Shown here piece after piece: positions 61,531 to 64,000 of a stretch of 64,000 bases of DNA (position 1 is its first letter; each line of letters begins with the position of its first letter). Source of the DNA: an uncultured Lachnospiraceae bacterium. GTDB lineage: Bacteria > Bacillota > Clostridia > Lachnospirales > Lachnospiraceae. A program made the translations under genes and the position numbers. The notes below the pieces were generated by a model, which saw only the letters and a list, made by a program, of their open reading frames with translations, was not told the DNA's origin and made no database searches. The stretch spans positions 4,171-68,170 of the forward strand of contig CAJTLU010000013.1 of the NCBI GenBank assembly GCA_910577175.1, read 5' to 3'.

Positions 61531-61567
61531 GAAGGGGGCTGCCGCACGAAGCGCGCCCCCTTCTTAT
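61531..61567 (+). terminator. Terminator
   Basis: 9-bp stem gaagggggc/gcccccttc. Confidence 0.6.
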
Positions 61568-61710
61568 GATATCGCTCTGACAAAATTCGCTGCTATCGTG
61601 ATAAATAAAAAACAAAATTCATTGTCCGTTTCGGCAGCATGCTTTTCCAGGTTGCTTTTTAACTCATGGAGGAACATAGCTTCGTCATCGCAAATTGCTA
61701 TTTTAAACAC
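61564..61710 (-). pseudogene. Remnant of a response-regulator gene (receiver N-terminus only)
   Basis: GTG 61710 with SD aaggaga gives MFKIAICDDEAMFLHELKSNLEKH..., then unrelated sequence and a stop after about 48 codons. Confidence 0.55.
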
Positions 61711-61899
61711 ATCCGTAATCTCCTTGCTACTATGGAAAATCAAATCTGTGCGCATGTTTACGATACAAAACCAACGCTTTTACTGATAGTAAAAATCGTA
61801 TCGGAACTCAAGAGCGTTCCGCCTTGAGTTTGCACAGCTTGAAAAATATGAAGAAGTATGCTATGCTTTTTCCTAAGAGAAGAAACGAGGAGGTTTGTC

Positions 61900-62268
61900 A
61901 TGGCACAGCTTCAGGAGTCCGGTGAAATGTATCTGGAGACAATTTATATTCTTTCGCAGAGCGGGAAAAACGTGCGTGCAATTGATGTGGGAGAATATAT
62001 GGGATATTCCAAACCGAGTGTCAGCCGGGCGGTTGGGATTTTAAAAAAGGGCGGCTATCTGGAAAGCGATGCCGACGGGTTTTTAGTGCTGACAGAAGAA
62101 GGACGCCAGGTAGCAGAAAAGACGTATGAACGTCACCGGCTGCTGACAAAGTTTTTTGTAGCGCTCGGTGTGTCAGAGCAGACTGCCTCGGAGGATGCCT
62201 GCCGGATTGAACATATTATTAGTGACGAGACGTTTGCTGCGCTGAAAAAGCATGCGGGACTTGAATAG
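61900..62268 (+). CDS. DtxR/MntR-family metal-dependent transcriptional regulator
   Basis: ESGEMYLETIYIL...VRAIDVGEYMGYSKPSVSRAV...HRLLTKFF...DACRIEH. Start moved to ATG 61900 (SD gaggagg). Confidence 0.85.
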   Translation: MAQLQESGEMYLETIYILSQSGKNVRAIDVGEYMGYSKPSVSRAVGILKKGGYLESDADGFLVLTEEGRQVAEKTYERHRLLTKFFVALGVSEQTASEDACRIEHIISDETFAALKKHAGLE

Positions 62269-62353
62269 GAAAAGAAAAATAGAAAAGGCAAAAGAAAAGG
62301 ATACCAGTCCCGATAGGTTGTTTTCAGTGGAATGGTATCCTTTTTGTTTCTTG

Positions 62354-63067
62354 TTATTTGGACAGAGCGGAATTAGTTGCCTGGTTTTCAAAAGCATCCT
62401 GCGCAGCATCCGTCATATCGTCGGACTCTGTGCTGTTTTCCTTTGCCCAGTTACGAATCTTCTCGGTCGCAGTATCCAGTGTCTTCTGGCAGATGGAAGG
62501 AAGCGTATCGCCCCAGGACTTAGTAGCCTGACGGAAGCCTTTCTCCATTGCCTTAATCAAGGTCTCTGCCTTGGAAGTATCTCCGCCGGAGATAGCCTTA
62601 GCAAAGGAGAATAAACGCTCTGATGTCTGCTCAACGCCCCAGTAACCGTCGTCAGCAATGTCCTTCTGTGCCTGTGCGCGTATTTCCGGAGAAACAGCAA
62701 GCTGTCCGGTACGAAGCATTTCATACATTTTGCTGTCCGTCAGCTGACTCATGTTAAAGGTATGGTTCTGCTTTGAAATCATACTCTCAACAAGGGAACG
62801 GAGCTGCTGGGAACGCTGGTTGGCATCTGCCTTAAGCTGTGCAACAATAGCCTGGTTCTGCTTGCTTAACGTAACATAATTCTTGTTTTTCGTATTGTTG
62901 TGTGCAGCTTTTGTAGTGCTGTTCTTCTCATAAACAACGGCAGAAGTGTCGCCTGTTTTGGTAGAAGACGCTGCCTTGGTATCAGCTTCTTTGGTAGCGG
63001 AGGCCGGCTTATAAGGCTCCGTGGTCTGATATGCAGTGGTTGCAGATGTAATTTGATTTGTGCTCAT
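62354..63067 (-). CDS. Hypothetical protein with S/T/A/K-rich N-terminus
   Basis: Start moved to ATG 63067 (SD aaggaggg). No family recognised. Confidence 0.55.
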   Translation of the reverse strand: MSTNQITSATTAYQTTEPYKPASATKEADTKAASSTKTGDTSAVVYEKNSTTKAAHNNTKNKNYVTLSKQNQAIVAQLKADANQRSQQLRSLVESMISKQNHTFNMSQLTDSKMYEMLRTGQLAVSPEIRAQAQKDIADDGYWGVEQTSERLFSFAKAISGGDTSKAETLIKAMEKGFRQATKSWGDTLPSICQKTLDTATEKIRNWAKENSTESDDMTDAAQDAFENQATNSALSK

Positions 63068-63473
63068 AATCAACCCTCCTTGGTTAATGAATTTGGAAAG
63101 GAAAACGCGTCGCGATTCCTTCGCCTTGATGCGGTTTCCAAGTTTAACTAGCAGGAAAAGACCCACTTGCTTCTATGGTATATATCGGCAATTCTTTTTC
63201 TGGAATTTATAGTAAAAGGAAACTTTTTTAAATTTTTTGCTGCCGATGCCGCCTGGGTTTTTGCAGCAGCCGTTCGTGCTTTCAAACAGGTGGAGCGTCA
63301 GGATACTGCCGCGCGTTGCGAAATGTCTGTTCCCGGTAACGGCTCCCGTCGTCCAAGGTAACGACTTCCGGTGTTTTTTTCATAGTGTTCTGTACCTCCT
63401 TTTGCTTTTGCAGATAAGGTTCTATACGGCTTTTCCCTGGTACTCAGGATAGGAGCCGTATCGTTCTTTGCGT

Positions 63474-64000
63474 TTACCGCTGGTAAAATTCTGTAAGAAA
63501 GGTGCGCGGTGCGTAGCCGGTACGCAAAAAATGTGCTTTGGCATTTTTTGCCGCGGTTTCTGTGGAAAACAGCCCAAATACCGTAGGACCGCTCCCGCTC
63601 ATTAAGGCACCGTCGGCACCGAGGGAATACAGGGTTTCTTTCAGGTCAGCGATTTCCGGGACAAGACGCAGGGTAACAGGCTCGAGTACGTTGCAGAGAC
63701 GGGAGGTAAGTCCGGCATAGTCTCCTGTGGACAGGGCGTCAAGAAGCCCTTCGGTATCAGGACGTGGGATTTCGGTAGTTTGTGTCAGAGCGTCATAGTC
63801 AGTATAAACCTGTTTTGTGGAGGCTCCGGCGGCAGGTTTTACGAGAAGGCAGTAACAGGCCGGAGCCGCGGGCAGCGGCGTCAGGCGCTCACCGATTCCT
63901 TCAGAAAGCGCCGTGCCAAGCAGCAGGCAGTAAGGAACATCCGCACCGAGCTGCAACCCAAGGGAAGAAAGGGCGGCATCGGACGCCGGGAAGCCGAACA
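63474..64000 (-). CDS. ispE: 4-diphosphocytidyl-2-C-methyl-D-erythritol kinase, 5' end outside window
   Basis: GHMP-kinase motif 3 MSGSGPTVFGLF. The frame stays open to nt 64000 (...SDAAALSSLGLQLGADVPYCLLG). Confidence 0.85.
   Translation of the reverse strand, partial: FGFPASDAALSSLGLQLGADVPYCLLLGTALSEGIGERLTPLPAAPACYCLLVKPAAGASTKQVYTDYDALTQTTEIPRPDTEGLLDALSTGDYAGLTSRLCNVLEPVTLRLVPEIADLKETLYSLGADGALMSGSGPTVFGLFSTETAAKNAKAHFLRTGYAPRTFLTEFYQR

Noticed and set aside
63068-63473. Plus-strand track ORFs (63167-63361 and 63237-63452), and a minus-strand 33-codon ORF starting at 63380 (MKKTPEVVTLDDGSRYREQTFRNARQYPDAPPV) with an upstream GGAGG.
   Set aside because: The plus-strand ORFs lack SDs and have low-complexity content. 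The small minus-strand ORF has a long 11-nt SD spacing and no recognisable family. It is left unannotated.
1-64000. Scanned for rRNA, tRNA, tmRNA, CRISPR arrays and recognisable riboswitch cores.
   Set aside because: No cloverleaf-like or rRNA-like stretches were found, and no regular repeat-spacer arrays. Several structured leaders exist (10831-10960, 45950-46047, 55690-55857), but none matches a riboswitch consensus I can recognise by eye.

Overview
This is a 64-kb chromosomal segment from a Gram-positive anaerobe. Gene content, strong GGAGG Shine-Dalgarno sites and the ggggctg...cagcccc terminator style suggest Clostridia, probably Lachnospiraceae; this is inference and no search was run.

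Gene layout, left to right:
- CPBP protease (cut by the window edge) and a NatAB-like ABC pair.
- A roughly 6.8-kb AT-flanked restriction/defence island (2.9-9.4 kb).
- A barnase/barstar pair.
- An MsbA-like exporter and an M20 amidohydrolase.
- An ECF sigma/anti-sigma pair.
- A secreted-protein gene flanked by 30-bp inverted repeats.
- A DEAD-box helicase and a MATE pump.
- A Fur-family regulator and rubrerythrin.
- An AT-rich islet holding a THUMP-like/UPF0020-type methyltransferase next to an IS-transposase relic.
- AraC regulator, oxidoreductase and Ogt.
- A two-component system with a lantibiotic-type ABC module.
- A xylan/arabinoxylan utilisation region (GH31, GH43, GH10, two CE1-type esterases, several regulators).
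- A yhbD/bactofilin pair.
- An electron-bifurcating HydABC-type [FeFe]-hydrogenase operon, with a divergent putative H2-sensing regulatory operon.
- veg, a DUF3794/LysM protein, a DtxR-family regulator and the 3' part of ispE.

No rRNA, tRNA or CRISPR array was seen.

Most interesting observations:
- The defence island has a CglI/NgoAVII-type core (PLD-B3 nuclease, Z1 ATPase, C5 methylase). It also carries a second divergent PLD-B3 paralogue translationally coupled to the ATPase, an orphan B3-like protein, Vsr, and an HTH controller with a C-box on the methylase side.
- An XRE-HTH domain is fused to a FlhA-type cytoplasmic domain.
- Paralogous hairpin elements with compensatory stem changes follow hydB and hydA.
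- A HydS-like sensory hydrogenase operon lies opposite hydABC.
- 30-bp inverted repeats bracket a 0.8-kb segment that contains the helicase promoter.
- A 12-bp hairpin sequesters the SD and start codon of a zinc-ribbon membrane protein gene.

All coordinates come from reading the sequence. All homology statements are motif- and memory-based and need database confirmation.
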